This document shows, piece after piece, positions 60,822 through 64,000 of a stretch of DNA of 64,000 bases. A program made the position numbers and the translations under genes. The stretch's first letter is position 1. Every line of letters begins with the position of its first letter. A model generated the notes under the pieces. The model saw only the letters and a program-made list of their open reading frames with translations. It was not told the DNA's origin and did no database searches. Origin of the DNA: Dimargaris cristalligena (Eukaryota); NCBI GenBank assembly GCA_003614675.1, contig ML002227.1, positions 1 through 64,000 of the forward strand. The letters are read 5' to 3'.

Positions 60822-63059
60822 CCTGGGAAGAGTTGGCACGGGCAGAGGCCGGCGGAAGAGTGTATGCGAAGCGGACGGTGGTTAAGTAAGACGACGGGCC
60901 AGCCGGCTTGGCTGGGTAAAACGATTTTTGGGAATGTTTTAGCGGACCGCGGAAATAGGCCAGGCGGAGGAGGAAGAAGAGCGGTGGCGGCAGATGGGTC
61001 AGTAAGCGTATCGGAGACGGGCGTGGCGGATATTAGAGAAAAACAGAGCAACGCAGATATAAAGCAGTTATAGAAAAGAGCGGAGCAGAGGGATGAGAGA
61101 ACAATAGGGGTTATGTAAGCAGTCTGGGGTTGGAAAACAAGAATCCTAAAGAGAGTCCAAGCAGATATAGAAAAGGAGGAGAAGGGATCTGAATGGCACT
61201 GCTGAAAGGAAAGGAAAGGGAGTGACGAGCAAGGTGGCCGTGGTAAAAGAGGGGAAAAGAAACTCGTTCTGGTCAGGATACCTTAGCAGCCGCCAGGAGA
61301 GGTTTTACTACGATCACGCATACACAGAGAGCCGGCCCGGGTTGCTGTCAATGCCAAATAAATGCAGTCGGTTCTGGGAAAGCCCCTCTCTCTCTCTCTT
61401 TCTCTCTCTTTCTCTACGGCAGAGACGCTCAGAACGAGAAAAAATGCCAGCTGGCCGATTAGGAGTCCGCCGGAAAACAACAGAGAGCGGCAAAGAAGGT
61501 GGGCATAGTTGGAATTAAACGAATGAGTGAACAACATGTCGCACCAACCCCGCGCCCGCGGAGCCGTCTGCACCACCTCGGGGCCGGGTCGTCATTGGAA
61601 CGGGCATTTTGTGTCAGAAGGTCTTCGTATCTCTCCGGCCAGGAGGCATCGAGTCTTCTTCCAACGAATACCAACGGTGATCCCATTTATTATGGTCGAT
61701 GATTCGCCCTGACGAGGGGTCTTTAGGCTGCGCACTTGACAGAGAGAAAAAGGTTCCGCTATAGTCTAAGAGACGTATAATCCCCACAACGGGCTGGTTT
61801 GGCCAATCACCCGATCGACACAGTTCCTATTTTATTATATTATAGTATAATGCTGAGACGACTAACAGCCCGTTTGGAGGGCACTCAGCCCTACTGACCC
61901 GTTTTTTTCATCGACGCTGGTGTAGTGAGAATGGATGGTCCGTCCAGGGGCGCCTACTGTCACTCCCCTGTCCCGCGCTGATCGAGTATAGTAGCGGCCG
62001 TCACCATAGTACCGATGCTGTCGACCAGCTGGCGGGACTAAAAAAAAAGAGGAAAATCCGGACCAGCTGGGCCCAGACTTTCTGATCCCCGCCGCCGATT
62101 CAGCCCGCGACGGCCTCTTTCCCCCATTGTTCCTGGCCCCCTATAGCCATTCTGAACTGCCCTGGACTGACCAATCCACGCCCCGCCCTCTATTTATATT
62201 GGGACTTGCATTATTATGGAGGCAATCTCACCACGGCCCTGGGAAATGGATTTCCGCTATCATCTCCTTCCGCCCTCCTCTGCTGGGTTTTTATCGCTTT
62301 TTATTATGCCTGTTTGGTCATTCATAACCAACTTTGCCTAAATTAATAATGGTTTGGGAGTGGATAGTGGGGGGCTGGCCCTGACTCTCAGCGCCCTAGA
62401 ACGGGCAGTGCCCATGTATACGCATGCGGACTAACTGAATCTGGCATGAACTTGACCATTTCCCTGCCATTGCCAAATGTACCCGTCTAAATAGTGCAGT
62501 GTCTGAGGCTCGGATAGGATTGTATTGTATTGGGTATTTATAGTACTATTAAAGCGGGTCTCGACTACTTTATTTGCAGTTCACACTCCATAACTGTTTC
62601 TTCACGAATCGCGTATCATTATCCTACGCATCAACTTTGAAGGCTAATACAAGAGACCCACTAAGCACTCTTGTCGGAATTCCAGCTCAGCTTCGACCCG
62701 TCTCGTATTTGCCGAAATATGCCGGATTGTTAGTGTTTAGCAGGAAGCGGAACTTCGACATTGTCTTATCTGCAAATAAATGTAACCCAACCGCTGCTGC
62801 AGCAAAAATAATAATATACAGGGCAAAAAAAAGCAACAAGGAGACAAGAGTGACCGACCACTCCCACCACAAGAACCTATTTCATTGAATATATTCGCAT
62901 TTTCCCAGGTATATCCTACAGCCACCAATAACAGAGTATATGTCTCTGCCACAGTGGCTTCAGCCAATCTCATTCCCACCATTGGACATCTCTCTCGTAA
63001 TCTATTTTAGAAAAGAATCGCTAGCCGTCGACATCCACCTGCGCCCATTCTCTTCCATA

Positions 63060-63865
63060 ATGTCCGACATTGCCGCCATGAACGACGAGTTGGCCCTACT
63101 TCAGAAGAAGGTATGCTGTTTGAAGAAGAGAATCCCCCCCCCAATCAATTACAGCCGTAGCCCCCATGCGGCGCATTACCTGGGTTTCAGAGTAAAAAGG
63201 CAGTTGTAAGCCCTAGTTGTAGCCCAAAAGCCACCCAAGTCTTGTCAGCCTCACCCATTTTGCCTTGTGTAGCACACCCTCTTGCTGAATGGCCGAACTA
63301 GGTCGGCATGTTCAATGTCAAACTCACTCAACTTCCCCATTGCCGCTGTATCTCTCTACCCCTACCCACTGTAGCAACAAGAATCAATGGTCCTCCAAAG
63401 CGAGTTGGAAAACCTCAAAGATACTAGAGTAAGTTTACTATACTGAATACATCCCCACCCACTCTCACTGAGATGTGATGTCAAGTTGACTAAGTGTTTG
63501 TGATTCTGGGCGAATTGTTTGGGGTCTAGTGTATTAACTATTCCGGTTGATGCTTCATTATATATAGAAACTGTACACCAGTCGGGCCCCAGGTGGCATC
63601 TTCTTTGTCGATAAGCGCCAGACTATTCAGACTCGTAACCAGGGTAAGTTGTCCAAATGACTGGGGGGCCGCAAGTTGTCCCCGAGACCAACGAGACCAT
63701 GTCCTCGGTTTACAAAAATGACAGAATTTAGGTATTACGCCTCGCATTATAACCAAACACCCCTCTATCTACGCAACTGCTACTATACCCCACCTAGCCT
63801 CGCAAAAGGAATTGACCAAAAAGATCCAGGATTTGGAAAAAAAAACTGGGCCAAGGGAACAATAA
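63060..63865 (+). CDS. ASDURF-like small beta-prefoldin protein, 82 aa, 4 exons (63060-63110, 63375-63428, 63568-63643, 63798-63865)
   Basis: Spliced product MSDIAAMNDELALLQKKQQESMVLQSELENLKDTRKLYTSRAPGGIFFVDKRQTIQTRNQASQKELTKKIQDLEKKTGPREQ; helix-hairpin-helix layout; ELENLKDTRKLY...GIFF resembles the ASDURF EL.NLK..RKVY...NIFF pattern; canonical phase-consistent splice sites. Confidence 0.75.
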
Positions 63866-64000
63866 TACCCCTACCACGAAATAATACAAAGGGTCTTCCA
63901 AACTACACAGGAGATACCAACTGATTGCGGGAAGGGGATAAAAATAAATCAACACTAATATCCATTAAACATATTCCTGGCATCCGTCAAATAATAAGTG

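Noticed and set aside
1..64000. Stop-codon reassignment to explain the internal TAG, TAA and TGA
   Set aside because: All three codons terminate conserved genes at the expected positions (HEM25 TAA, TMA20 TAG, ATG18 TGA).
1..64000. tRNA, rRNA, CRISPR arrays, LTR/TIR elements, transposase or reverse-transcriptase ORFs
   Set aside because: No diagnostic motifs or terminal repeats were recognised by eye; degenerate copies could have been missed.

Overview
Eukaryotic, intron-containing fungal DNA (GT-AG introns mostly 130-450 nt, standard code). The gene set (ITFG1/LINKIN, animal-like E3BP, ASDURF-like prefoldin, orphan secreted proteins) suggests an early-diverging fungus, possibly Zoopagomycota such as Dimargaris; this is inference only. 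The first ~10 kb is AT-richer and gene-sparse and holds two orphan signal-peptide genes, one with an F-box-like motif and an in-frame TAG. The rest is housekeeping: 14-3-3, ITFG1, FIG4, mL40, E3BP/PDX1, UTP7, TMA20, ATG18, AK3-type adenylate kinase, uS10m and HEM25/SLC25A38. Two genes essentially absent from the ORF track were rebuilt by manual splicing: a 10-exon FYRN/FYRC (TBRG1-like) gene and a 4-exon ASDURF-like prefoldin gene. An 11.6-kb intronless Pro/Ser-rich frame is split by a single in-frame TAA, and an unassigned ~250-nt hairpin-rich ncRNA candidate lies at 41.3-41.6 kb. No tRNA, rRNA, CRISPR array or intact transposon was recognised. All homology calls are from motif recognition, not database searches.
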